A stretch of DNA of 62,100 nucleotides, filler included, from Globobulimina sp. (GCA_003354225.1; 26 parts of 26 records of this genome joined end to end with filler, not necessarily neighbours in it); one strand, 5' to 3'. Positions 1 to 11,869 are shown, counted from the first letter of the whole stretch. Notes: generated by a model from the letters alone, not told the origin. Made by a program: numbers and translations.

Positions 1-94
1 AGCATCCTTACTTACACGGTTAAGCACTCAAATGTTAGTGGAAATAGAAAACTTAAATGTTCATTGATGAAATGAACTAAAAGCAAAAACTCTA

Positions 95-1559
95 ATGTTA
101 AGCATTGAGGAGTTAGTAACAAAATACAGGAATGGATCATTATCACCCATAGAATATACAAAAGAGCAGTTAAAAAGATTAAAGAAAGTAAACCGTGATA
201 TCAACGCTGTTGCCGTATTTTGCAATGAAAAGGATATTTTAAAATGTGCACAAGAATCAGCTGTTAGATACAAAAACGGAACTCCATTATCAATATTTGA
301 TGGTATTGTGATTACTATAAAAGATATTTATTCCCATAAATGCCAAGGTATTCCTTTACGAAATGGCAGTGCCTTGCCACAAGCTTTCGAAATACCAAAC
401 GAAACCTCGCCACATATCGACTTATTGTTACGTGGCGGAGCCATAGTAATTGCAACCACAACAACGCCAGAAATTGGTTTCAAAGGAACCACAAATTCAA
501 TTCAATACGGCGTCACTCGAAATGCAAGAAATTTAGCATTAACAAGTGGTGGTTCCTCAGGGGGAGCAGCCTCACTTTGTGCTGCAGGTATTGCTAATTT
601 AAATTTTGGCTCAGATGGAGGTGGATCCATTAGAATTCCGGCCAGTTGCTGCGGTGTAATTGGCTTGAAACCATCATTTGGCATTGGATATGTCGGTAAC
701 TTCCCACTTTTATCACATGTTGGTCCATTGGTGAATAATATGAACGATTTGAGACTGTATATGCAATATATTTGTAATAAAAATAACTGTCATTTATGGC
801 AGTTACGAGTTGCAAAGCAAGTGTTTGAATCAATGAATTTTGAAAAAGATTATATTTTGAATAAATTTACAGCGAAATCGAAAAAATGTTTGAACATTGC
901 CGTGAGTAAAACTTTGGGTGGTATTGTACCGGAAAAATATGTGAATCCCATTGTGTGGAAACATATATTGAACGCAGTCAACTTATTAAAAAATGAGGGA
1001 TTTAATGTGAGAGCAGCATCGCCGTCATTTGATGATGGATTACGAGAGAGATATTTTTCAATCATGGCAAGTTTATGGAGAACTGCAATGTTTAATGGAT
1101 ACTCTGCTTTTGTGAATGATGAAAACCAAGATTTGGTGGATCCAGTTTTAGTGAAAATTATCAGAAAAGGAAAAACTGTCAGTTCACAACAGCTGTTTCA
1201 AAGTCTGATGGATAGGGATGAAGTTAAAAAAGTGGTTAATGATTTTTTTACAAATGATGGCTATGACATTTTGATAACACCCACTTTATCGATATTACCG
1301 CCGCCAGCATGGACTACAAAACAGGAAGCTTCATCGCCGAGGAAAATGAGGATTGCATCTGGAATCATGGCGCAATTCACGGGAATATTCAATTTGACGC
1401 ACAATCCAGCAATATCATGCAATAAACTGTGCCTTTGAAAATGGAAATATTCCCATTGGATTGTAAATCGCTGCGCCAATGTATAAGGATGATTTGCTCA
1501 TTAAGTTTGCCAATACGTTGCAAATATTATGTGCGAAAATAACTACTGCTAAGTTGTAA
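95..1559 (+). pseudogene. Amidase-signature family enzyme with a disrupted 3' end
   Basis: Motifs ITIKD, GGSSGGAAS and GSDGGGSIRIPAS (Lys-cisSer-Ser triad). The ORF stops at 1438, but the expected C-terminus (INCAFENGNIPIGL*IAAPMYKDDLLIKFA...AKL*) continues in another frame after a 4-bp insertion at 1418-1421, with an internal TAA at 1464-1466. Confidence 0.85.
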
Positions 1560-1870
1560 AATATCTAGAAATACTAAGCGAGGCTCATAGCTCTTTCACT
1601 ACAGATCAGCAGTAATCAAAGAAACATAATCGGATTTTGTCGGTTCCATCGTGCAAGGATAGGATTTAAAACAGGCCACAACGAAATTATATATTTTAAT
1701 TCAATATTTTATATCAGGACAACATTCAAACACAAAACAAATAAATAAAAATATTAAAAAAGCACAAATTAATTTGTTTAAACATACTGTAATAAAAATA
1801 ATATATAAAATATATTATTTAGAAAAAGGACTTAAAAATGAAGGAATAGCAAATAAAAAATAATGATCAA

Positions 1871-2294
1871 TAAATATATAAATAATTTTAAAATAAACTG
1901 TAAAAAAAAAACAAATATTATTTATATATTATAGTTATTAATCATATCCAATTGCAGTTAATCCACCGAAATCGTGTAATTATATACAGATTATATTTAT
2001 ATTATTAAGCAAATTAATTGTAGATATCTAAACATATTGGTTTAAAAACCAAACGTGCATTTTGTCAATTTTAAAGATGATGATTGGTCATAAAATAGCA
2101 ACCTCATAGCCCGACGTAGTACAATGTAATATTTCTTTTTTAAGAGATATTTGCTGCACGGCTCCATATGTCCTGTTGGTAAAAATGCTGCCCATGCTCT
2201 ACGATGCTTTGCTTTGTTGTTAAAATGGGATATGATGAATAACTAATATATAAACAATATTTTTTTTTTACAGTTTATTTTATTTATATATTTA
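1871..2294. repeat. Imperfect inverted repeat of ~70-80 bp (foldback/MITE-like)
   Basis: 1871-1949 (taaatatataaata...aaataaactgtaaaaaaaaaa...tttatatatt..agttattaatcatatcc) is the reverse complement, with small indels, of 2228-2294, which runs to the contig end. Confidence 0.7.
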
Positions 2295-2394
2295 NNNNNN
2301 NNNNNNNNNNNNNNNNNNNNNNNNNNNNNNNNNNNNNNTTAATTAATTAANNNNNNNNNNNNNNNNNNNNNNNNNNNNNNNNNNNNNNNNNNNN
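2295..2394. other. Artificial contig linker (first of 25 identical ones)
   Basis: 44 N + TTAATTAATTAA (stops in all six frames) + 44 N. Contigs are 1-2294, 2395-4688, 4789-7082, 7183-9476, 9577-11869, 11970-14262, 14363-16655, 16756-19048, 19149-21441, 21542-23834, 23935-26227, 26328-28619, 28720-31011, 31112-33403, 33504-35795, 35896-38187, 38288-40579, 40680-42971, 43072-45363, 45464-47754, 47855-50145, 50246-52536, 52637-54927, 55028-57318, 57419-59709 and 59810-62100, in descending length. Confidence 0.99.
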
Positions 2395-2528
2395 GGTGAC
2401 CAGAAATATTTGGTGACCATAAGTACTCAGATTTGGTTTGGGTCAGCCGATTTGGCTGAACCTTTGGTACGTTCATACAACAGGTATAACAGTGCCAGCC
2501 ATGAAATTTCAGCCAAATCTGTTCGTGC

Positions 2529-2766
2529 CATACATGGGCGAGGGGGTATGGGGGGTTTTACCCCCCAAAGTACCAAAATGCAAACCCCCACCCCCCGATC
2601 CGCAAAAGTGGGGGGGGGGTGAGCTCCCCCCTCTGAAGGCAAATTTTAGTTTAGCAAAAATTAGCAAAAATATCGCATTTTTTCCGAAAATATCGAATTT
2701 CGCGCCAAAAATCGTCGAAAAAAAGGCTGATCCTCCCCCCCAGCCGGCGACCCGCGCCCATGTATG
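2529..2766. mobile_element. 238-bp non-autonomous DNA transposon (MITE), hAT-like
   Basis: 12-bp terminal inverted repeats CATACATGGGCG (2529-2540) and CGCCCATGTATG (2755-2766), flanked by an 8-bp target-site duplication with one mismatch: GTTCGTGC (2521-2528) and GTTCATGC (2767-2774). Confidence 0.75.
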
Positions 2767-3142
2767 GTTCATGCAGGATAAAGGTCACCATAACCAAATC
2801 GGTTATAGCCCAAACAGTCACCAAATCGGCTCCGATACAATACAATGCACTTACCATGCAATCGTCATCGTCCAATGTTACGGCAGTGTGAGATTCTCTC
2901 TTGTGTTTCGTTACTTCTGCTACATCCAAGTGCCAAAAATTGCAGAAACTACAATGATGTTTACAATTTACAATCACGATTTTTAACACTTTTATTTCGT
3001 CGTCATCTTTGGTTTCCGAAATTTCCACTTCTGAAACACACATTCGCAAATTAATAGACTATGGCTAGGCTATGGCTAACACTATGAGCAAATAACAACT
3101 ACAATAACAATTAATGAGCTAGAAAATTGGTAATTGGTAAAA

Positions 3143-3628
3143 CCTGTATTACTGCACTTTTCCCACTCAGTAATGATCGTTTTCTACTAGTGCAACTAGG
3201 ATTACTGCACTTTTCCCACTCAGTCAGTAATGATCGTTTTCTACTAGTGCAAGTTGGATTACTCTACTTTTCCCACTCAGTAATGACCGTTTTCTTAGTG
3301 CAAGTTGGATTACCCTACTTTTCACACTCAGTAATGATCGTTTTCTACTAGTGCAAGTTGGATTACTCTACTTTTCCCACTCAGTAATGATCGTTTTCTA
3401 CTAGTGCAAGTTGGATTACTCTACTTTTCCCACTCAGTAATGACCGTTTTCTTAGTGCAAGTTGGATTACTCTACTTTTCCCGCTCAGTAATGATCGTTT
3501 TCTCCTAGTGCAACCTGTATTACTGCAGTTTTCCCGCTCAGTAATGATCGTTTTCTCCTAGTGCAACCTGTATTATTGCAGTTTTCCCACTCAGTAATGA
3601 GCATTTTCTCCTAGTGCAATCTGTATTA
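3143..3628. repeat. Minisatellite, ~53-bp unit, ~9 copies
   Basis: The unit cctgtattactgcacttttcccactcagtaatgatcgttttctactagtgcaa and variants are repeated head to tail, with no spacers. Confidence 0.95.
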
Positions 3629-4788
3629 GATCGCGAATAAAGAAAAGCAGTGAAATAAAAGTCGCACCTTCGTGTTTCACACTAGTATTTGCACCTGTAC
3701 TGCCACCAACATTTCCACAAAAACGGCAGTTACCAAATCCAGTGACCGGACGAGCTTCAGCCATCTAAAAATAGAGTATTTTATGCAGAGGGCATAATAG
3801 TTCAATTGAAATTGTACGCTACCTTGTCGATACACTTTTAAAATAACAAATTTCCAATTTATTTACGTTTATTTATTTTGTTACAAAAAAATCGGATGAA
3901 CTGTAACTAACTGCAACTGAAATGGAGTGGTATGCAAATTTTTGCTATCTATTCTGGGTGGTTTACAAACAACACAGACACAGTTGGTCCGACCGACGTC
4001 ATCCGGTCTTATCTTTTTCCCACGAGCTTTATTTTCCCACGAGTCTCGACCTCCTCCGTCAGTTGTGCCTTTGTTAGCGACTTTCATGAGAAAATTTTTT
4101 CTAACGATACCATATAGGCGATGACACCATTGGATAGATCTCAACGCGAGTATCATTTTGACAAAAAAATTGTTCATAAAATTTTAAGAAATGGCTGAGT
4201 TAGAAAGGTTTTTGTCACGATGTCCATTTCGCTGAAAATGGGCAAAAAAGTGCGCGGATTAGAAAAGGTGTTCCAGAGGGCCAAAAATTTCTGTGGGTCA
4301 AAATTTGATAGAAAGATATGCAATCGATTCGTCTCATCGAGCTGAAACCGAAAATGGATGCAATTTTTTGATATTTCAAAGAATGGATCACTTTTCACCC
4401 GTTTTTTCCATGAAAACGTTTCTCAACCAAAATTTGGTGAAATTTGCGAAATCGATTTTGGACCTTTTAGATGGGACGAAAATGACATTATAACATGTAA
4501 ACAGGTTTTAAGTGATTTTCAAGTGTTTCGAGATCAATTAAAAGAACGAAACATCTAAAAAAAAATTAAAAAGGGTGAATTTTTTGTCTTTTTTCTCCAA
4601 TGACCCAACTTTGAGGGCCTAAAGGCAAACGAATTTTGAAGATTTTTGATTCATTTTTATTTTGGATGTAGGCCATATCGGTATGTTTNNNNNNNNNNNN
4701 NNNNNNNNNNNNNNNNNNNNNNNNNNNNNNNNTTAATTAATTAANNNNNNNNNNNNNNNNNNNNNNNNNNNNNNNNNNNNNNNNNNNN

Positions 4789-5202
4789 CACAGACATAAC
4801 AATAAAAACAAAAAACACCATCACGACCTACAACAACTCGAAAAACAGAAATCAAAACAGAAAGACACGAAATCCACCTTCGAGTACGAAATGAATATGG
4901 TCAAAACTGGCTTAATGGGCTGGTTAACCAAGAAAGGAACTTATTTAATACGGCGAAATTGGAACTCCCGCGTTTAATGATATATTTCTCAGATGAAAAT
5001 TTCAAAGGCTGTGCTGGTATGTAACATATATACAAAATGTGTACATATCCGACTATAGAAACACTTGGAAACACTTTTGATAGATTTCCGAGAGAGTAAA
5101 TTGATGCTTTTATTTGACGATCAGCGTAAAAATTATTATTTTATACTTATATGGAATGCGGGTTCTAAGCTTTTAAATCGCAGTGATTCAAATTGTTCAT
5201 AA
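4789..5202 (+). CDS. Probable 3' end of an unknown spliced gene
   Basis: Open frame EIHLRVRNEYGQNWLNG...KGCA, then a GTATGT...TAG intron, then DFRESKLMLLFDD...NCS and a stop at 5200-5202. Confidence 0.35.
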
Positions 5203-5259
5203 AACTGAAGCTTGCAATAAAGACGCAACCAATCAAAACAAAACAAAAACTAAACGAGA

Positions 5260-6862
5260 TTATGTATTTTTTGGCACCATGAATGAAAGAATAAATCCAA
5301 TAAAAATACTGCATACCACATAATAAAATACAGTGTTATATTGTTCTTCGGTAATCGCAGTCTGCTGCTTTTGAATAATTGAGAATATTTTACCGGTGAT
5401 TTCATATGAAATGTAGATGTTTGCCATACAGATTGTCGAAACCAGGCCACATGACAAATCTGATGAGTTTGTTTTGTCATTAACCACTCGAATTGCTGCA
5501 AAAACGATTGTTATTGCACCCATACCACAGCCACTGACAAACGAAAATAAAAATAAATCCGAATAGCAATGATATTTTGCAGGAATATAAATAATAATTA
5601 AAGTGGTACTCCATAATATAAATCCAAATTTGATTAATGTTCTATAAATATATGCATTTGTTGTCTGATATTGCTTAGCAATAAAACCAAATAACAATGC
5701 TGACAATGCGCCGCCAATACTGGTACTCACAGCGATGGAGCCAGCAGTTGTTTTGCCGATATTTAGACCTCCAGCAACATTGAATTTTGTTTCCAAATAT
5801 TCTTTCATCCACATTCCACCTAAAATGGCTTGCGGGATACAACAGCAACTATGGATTAATGCGAATAAATAATTATACGGATTTGACACTGCTGACATTA
5901 TTTGTTTACGCAAAGTTATCTCAACATAATTATTTGTATCGCTCTCTGCTTTGGTCGCGTCTTCCTCGTCGTATGTTGTTTTATTTGTGATTGAATACGC
6001 TTTAATGACATAAGGCCGTGGCAATAGCCATGATTTGAAAATAGATAACTTTTGTTGTGGTTGACGTATTTCAATGTCGCCATTTTGTACAGTAATTGAA
6101 AGTGGTTTGGTGATGGATTTGCGATCGATTATGTAGGCAATAAACAAAATAAAACATACGATTTCTATTAAGAGACCATCCCAATAATAGGGAGTTCTCC
6201 AATCTCTATAATGTTGATATAAATAAGACTGATAAACGCCTACTATTGGGCCACTTTGACCGATCAATAATCCTAATCCGGCATAAAAGGGCACCTATAA
6301 TTATAATTATGTACAAAAACGCAAAAAAAAGTTAATGAAATTGATGAGGAATCGGAATTATAAAACACAAATTGTTGCTAAACATCATGGATAGAAAAGT
6401 ATTGTTGAATCATTGATAGTGTTCCCAGCCAGCAGGTCGAACAAGATATTCCCAATACAATTCGAATGGAAATTAATGTTTCAAAGGTGTTGCTATAATA
6501 AATTAATTGCGAACATAAACCTGCTGTAAACATTGGAATAATGAGCGCAATCTCTGATGATATTGTTTGTAATAATAATCCAGCGGGTATTTGAAACATT
6601 GTATAGGTGATAAAAAATCCAGATTGTAATTTTGACAAATCTTGTTGTTGTCTGCCAAAATCCAGTTTTAACGCATCTGTTATTGCCATACATGATGATC
6701 GCAGCCACATTCCGCAGCCATACAATATAATGCAGCAAATAACCACCACGTACCTTTAATTTAAGTGTAGACACATAAGAAGGTTGTAGTATATTGATTA
6801 GTCAATTACTAGACATACCGTATCAGTGAAGTTCTCGATTTCACATCACCTGAAATGAGCAT
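5260..6862 (-). CDS. Major facilitator superfamily transporter, 3 exons
   Basis: Exons 6862-6819, 6753-6384 and 6294-5260 join in frame across GT-AG introns 6818-6754 and 6383-6295. About 12 hydrophobic helices and MFS-like motifs (FFITYTMFQIPAGLLL, IRIVLGISCS). Confidence 0.85.
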
Positions 6863-7626
6863 GTTTTGTAGTAGTGTATGAGCTAGGTTTTGTAAATTAA
6901 ATTAAAGTGTGACAAGATGCGATAATGCGACAATGAGAAAGGTTAATGTAGCTGTAGAGGAAAAATTTATTACAGTTTTACGAAGTTTTTTGAAGCTAAA
7001 ATTAAAATGTTGTAGTGAAATAACTATGAAATATGTGTAATAATTATTAATCGTTGCCACAAAGAGCATTTTTAAGAGCACCNNNNNNNNNNNNNNNNNN
7101 NNNNNNNNNNNNNNNNNNNNNNNNNNTTAATTAATTAANNNNNNNNNNNNNNNNNNNNNNNNNNNNNNNNNNNNNNNNNNNNTGTGAGGTAGCGCGAGCG
7201 CCAACCTACTTGAAGGCATAAATTGCGTCGACTGTTGCAGCACAAAGACATACAACAAGAGAGAATATCAAAGGTAGATGGAGTGCAATACCCAATCAAC
7301 AAACTCTCACAGAAAAAACTGTTTGATCAAGTTTCTGTTCAACCAGGTATGTGAAGGAAAAGTAGAAGCAAAGCTACACTAATTACTCAATAAATATACA
7401 AACTCAATCACAAGATAAATATCAAAATAGCACTTGTTAAACACCTTAATTTCATTATTCAATAGACTTAAACAAATCCTTTTGATGTAATGTACTATAT
7501 AAACAATACAGTGTCTTAACTGTCTTTGCATGTTATTATTTGGTGGGATATCGTACGTATGTAAACCACTTGTAAATTTTCATTTTATATGTAAACAAAT
7601 TTCACTCAAAGTTAACCATAAGCGTC

Positions 7627-8922
7627 ATGTCAACTTTTTTCACCATATTATTCGCGTTTTACCTGCTGACAGTTGAATTAGCCACGAAAGCAAGGCCATT
7701 CTATAAACACAATCACAATGTACTACAATTACATTCAACAGATTACGACACAACCATTAATTCTATGAAAAAAGGTGAACTTTATTTTATTCAATATTTC
7801 TCTCATTCTTCTCGTTGGTGTAAAACATTCAAAGGACAATACATTAATTTTGCAAAATTCATTGAAAAACATCACAACAATATGACCAATTATAATATTA
7901 AACTATTTGCTATTGATATAGCAGCACGTAACGATGCTTCGTTGCTTGCAATTCATAAACGATACAACATCACGCAATATCCCACAGTTTTGCTATTCAT
8001 AAATTCATCCACAAACTATATACAATTCGCAGCAAGCGGTGCAACCAAATATGACTTATACAATTGGTTCAAACATGCATTGCACCAAAAAAACATAGCA
8101 ATTAAATTAAGTAATTTTGCAGAAGAATATTGTTTAAACAGTATAAGCGGTCCGGATTACATCACAGATTCAAAAGGATGGATTTGTGAAATAAAGGATA
8201 TCAACAAAAAAACGCAATGTTGTGAGGTTATGGGCGACTATGATTATTTTTCAATTTGTCATGCACATAGAAAATGTGATGAATATTATCCGTGTTGCAT
8301 AGATTACGAATCTTGCATTGCCTGTTGCTTACATAAGACAAATAATATTTTTTCCGGCGAGATATTACCATATCCATTTTATACAAATGATAGGAAGCAA
8401 TTATTACAGATACAAGACACCCATTTCAGCAATTTCTCATTCTGCAGACATCAATGTCGTACATCATCATTATCGACGTTTGAAGGAAACGTATATGTCG
8501 ATTATAGGAAATATTATTGTTATTCGAAGGATATTGCACAGTATGAAGAGCCTCTAAAATTGTTACAAAACGTTGATACGGATGCACAGTTTGAGATAAT
8601 TGTGGGTAGCAAAGGTGAATCTTGTTGGCAAACTTGTGCAGACAATGGAGATGAACATGTGAGCAAAATATGTGTGCAAGACAAGAAATTAATGGCTCAA
8701 ATTAATTCATGCACAGCGATTAAAAAATATTTTCAAAATTGTAACGGTGGCTGCATGTTTGGATACGATGGTTTCTTACCGGCATTTGATGTGCGTCAAT
8801 CAAGGTGTTATTTAAAAGCAACCATCGCAAAGCAATATGGTTATTCTTGTACTGACAGTAACGCTGACTACAAGCGACTGTGTTTGTGTTTGTGTCAAGG
8901 GCAACAAAAAGCACTCCAGTAA
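7627..8922 (+). CDS. Secreted thioredoxin-fold + SPRING1/C12orf49(UPF0454)-like + Cys-rich C-terminal domain protein
   Basis: Signal peptide, then a Trx fold (FIQYFSHSSRWCKTFK...YNITQYPTVLLF). SPRING-like motifs CLNSISG..YITDSKGWIC, YESCIACCL and CRHQCRTSS..EGNVY...YYCY follow. The C-terminal domain reads GESCWQTC...INSC...KRLCLC. Confidence 0.75.
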   Translation: MSTFFTILFAFYLLTVELATKARPFYKHNHNVLQLHSTDYDTTINSMKKGELYFIQYFSHSSRWCKTFKGQYINFAKFIEKHHNNMTNYNIKLFAIDIAARNDASLLAIHKRYNITQYPTVLLFINSSTNYIQFAASGATKYDLYNWFKHALHQKNIAIKLSNFAEEYCLNSISGPDYITDSKGWICEIKDINKKTQCCEVMGDYDYFSICHAHRKCDEYYPCCIDYESCIACCLHKTNNIFSGEILPYPFYTNDRKQLLQIQDTHFSNFSFCRHQCRTSSLSTFEGNVYVDYRKYYCYSKDIAQYEEPLKLLQNVDTDAQFEIIVGSKGESCWQTCADNGDEHVSKICVQDKKLMAQINSCTAIKKYFQNCNGGCMFGYDGFLPAFDVRQSRCYLKATIAKQYGYSCTDSNADYKRLCLCLCQGQQKALQ

Positions 8923-9016
8923 AAGTTTTTACCTTTTTTAGTAAATAATCCCTCAAACATTTTACATTTGATTTTAGATTTGCGCATTGTTTTGCAAAAC
9001 AATGTTCGTGTCATGG

Positions 9017-9421
9017 TTATCCAGCATAACAGCCAATAGCAGTAATGACACCAAACGCGGCAAAGAATACAGACAATAACAATGAGCGCGATATCTTATG
9101 TTTTGCTTCCGGAATTAACTCCGTGCACACGATGTAAGTCATAGATCCAGATGCAACTCCATAGCCGATTGGTAACAAAGATTTAAAAGATTCTAAAAAT
9201 ATAAATGCTGGAATAGCAATTAATGGCTGCGGTATATTACTGATAACAGCAAACATTGAGGATTTCCATACATTCATTCCTTGAGACATTAATAACAATG
9301 ATACTGCAATTCCTTCTGGAATATTATGTATTGCTAAAGATATTATTACCAATAAACCGACACTTTCACGTTCTGCCGTGGCCGAGACACCCACACTTAT
9401 CTTACAATGAATTTGTGTCAT
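9017..9421 (-). CDS. ZIP (ZupT/ZIP11-like) metal transporter, 5'-partial
   Basis: HNIPEGIAV signature and C-terminal ELIPEA. Confidence 0.9.
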   Translation of the reverse strand: MTQIHCKISVGVSATAERESVGLLVIISLAIHNIPEGIAVSLLLMSQGMNVWKSSMFAVISNIPQPLIAIPAFIFLESFKSLLPIGYGVASGSMTYIVCTELIPEAKHKISRSLLLSVFFAAFGVITAIGCYAG

Positions 9422-9576
9422 TTTGTGTGCAAGGATGAAATATATAAAATCGACAATACATAACTCCTTAACCGAGNNNNNNNNNNNNNNNNNNNNNNNN
9501 NNNNNNNNNNNNNNNNNNNNTTAATTAATTAANNNNNNNNNNNNNNNNNNNNNNNNNNNNNNNNNNNNNNNNNNNN

Positions 9577-11680
9577 CCCACCAAACGCCGGAATCATCAA
9601 ATTGCACTGCATACGTTCTGCCAGCTCGAACTAGCGCTCTTTCAATATTCTCATTATACAATGCTACTTTGTACTGAAATATTATTTTTGATAAATTCGA
9701 AGGAAATGATACCAAATTCAAATACCATCCGCTCCATCCGAGCGAAGACGCATTTGCGCCATTTGGATATAACTCTTCCATCCATTTGAAACCGCCAATA
9801 ATAAATATGGCACTCTGTACAATTTCACCATTTTGTGCATTTTTGACCATTTTCAATGTCGAATCTGATATTTTCCACTCATAATATTCTTCAGGAAGTG
9901 TTGTTGCTTGTTTACATTCATCCATATCATCAATGTATTCATTTATAAGTGAAACTCCAGTTCTTTTGTGATAAACATCCACCAATGATATGGTTGCAAC
10001 AAATGTTAATGAATTTAAGTCTTTTAATTGTTTAGTTTTTAATTTATATCTCGGCCACCCCTCAGAATCATCATCCCTATCAAATTGTGTATATGTCGAA
10101 TATTTTGTATCTGTTTCACGATTAAATAATTGATATTTAATGCAAATTGCACCAATATCAACCGGTAACGTTAATAATCTTAAAAATAAATCACAAATTC
10201 CTCCATCACCTCCGGATGGATATAACCTTAAGAACCATTTACATTTATGCATTTCGAATATTTTACTTTCAAAATAACGACCTTTTTCTGCTTCTTTTAT
10301 ACAGCAAACTTCATCAAAATTTGTAGTTTTCCATATAAACTCACCGGTTGGCATATCATTATATTTTGTTCGTAGTTGTGGTTGTAACAACGAATAATTT
10401 CGACCGGTCAGACAATTATTATCAGTGTCAAACACATCAAATATTTTGATATGTAAACAAAAAGTAAATGAATTTAGATTTAAAACTCCATCTTTCAGCA
10501 AATGTCCGTTGACCCATCCATCAGAGTAACTGGTATGGTCAAACCATGTCGAACACTTTCGTTTTGTCCCAGTTTCCAGCAACAAAATATCATAATAAAA
10601 TGCAACGCGCTGTATTTTATTTGATAAACTGACCAAATTCAAATACCATTTAAACGATCCTTCAGATTGTCGACTATTTCCATTGGGATAACATTCCATC
10701 ATCCAACAAAAGCCATGCATCGCAAATATATCACTTTTAAAACCATCTGAACCATTCGCGGCGACTTTCCATTTGCAAACAATTTCACTATCATCTATTT
10801 TCCAAACATATTGTTCTGATTCAAACGACGATACTTGTCTCTCCACTGCATTTACAATATTTTTATTTACATAATCTTTAGTAATAACAGTGCCATTTAT
10901 GTCGTATATATCAATGAGTGAAATTGTTAAATTAATGGTATAAATATCGAATTTTTGTAATTCACAATGTCGCAATTTATACGTCGGCCAACCTTCGCTC
11001 ATTCCCTTCGCATCGAACTGAGTGAAACTTTCAAATGTCGTACCAGTCTCTTTCAAAGATAACTCATATTTGAACGCAACGGAGGAAATATTTGGAGGAA
11101 TCGCGGCCATCGTCAAATAAAGTTCAGTTTGTGTATTGGCTGCCATCCCCATTGTAACCATACCCATTGGATACAGCTCTAAATAAAAAATAAACGAATG
11201 TAATCTGAAAAAATCACTGAAATATTCATCTCCTTCCTGTGCAGTTTTAATTTTATTCACAGTGTCTCTGTCTTTTATAATCCATTCGAAACTATCTGTG
11301 TATCCCAAATAGTTTTGGGGATCGTAATATTTCCTCGTTAGCTCCTCTTGTGTCACAATGGTGCCGTCGACTTTATAAATATCAAATATCTTTAAATCTA
11401 ATTTAAACGTTAACTGTTTCAACAGTTCAATTCGATCCGTTTTTAGATAGCCTCCCGGCCAGCCTTCACTTCTATGATCGAACGCAAACACTGTGGTTCG
11501 GTCACAAACAGTGCACGTTTCAACCAATTCAACTTTATAATTGAATGACACCTTTGCGATGTTTGGAGATAATGATATTAAATGAATAAAAAATTGAACA
11601 GATCCTTCTGTTTCTTGCTTATTGCCATTGGGATAAACCACCATGATCCATTTTAAACAGCCCATATTAAATATTTTACG
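9577..11680 (-). CDS. Tandem MATH/TRAF-domain protein (at least 5 domains), partial
   Basis: Repeated units (Y/F)xWKI...SxIF...W...YPNG...F.+YLxLxS...SEGWP in a 700-aa frame that is open at the contig end. Confidence 0.85.
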
Positions 11681-11684
11681 ACCT

Positions 11685-11869
11685 CTGTCTGCTCTTCTCT
11701 GGTGTGTGTTCTGTCTGCTCTTCTCTGGGGTGTGTTCTGTCTGCTCTTCTCTGGTGTGTGTTCTGTCTGCTCTTCTCTGGGGTGTGTTCTGTCTGCTCTT
11801 CTCTGGGGTGTGTTCTGTCTGCTCTTCTCTGGGGTGTGTTCTGTCTGCTCTTCTCTGGGGTGTGTTCTG
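11685..11869. repeat. 26-bp tandem repeat, ~7 copies, running to the contig end
   Basis: Unit ctgtctgctcttctctgg(g/t)gtgtgtt. The ORFs called here are artefacts of the repeat. Confidence 0.95.

Noticed and set aside
2339-2350. TTAATTAATTAA palindrome recurring every ~2.4 kb
   Set aside because: It is an artificial linker. ORFs ending in X...LIN or X...N are truncated by it.
3143-3628. CRISPR-like appearance of the 53-bp repeats (likewise the 35-bp repeats at 47618-47741)
   Set aside because: There are no unique spacers and no cas genes, and the context is eukaryotic. These are simple tandem repeats.
2410-4558. Numerous short ORFs in contig 2
   Set aside because: They overlap MITE, satellite and low-complexity DNA and have no protein motifs.
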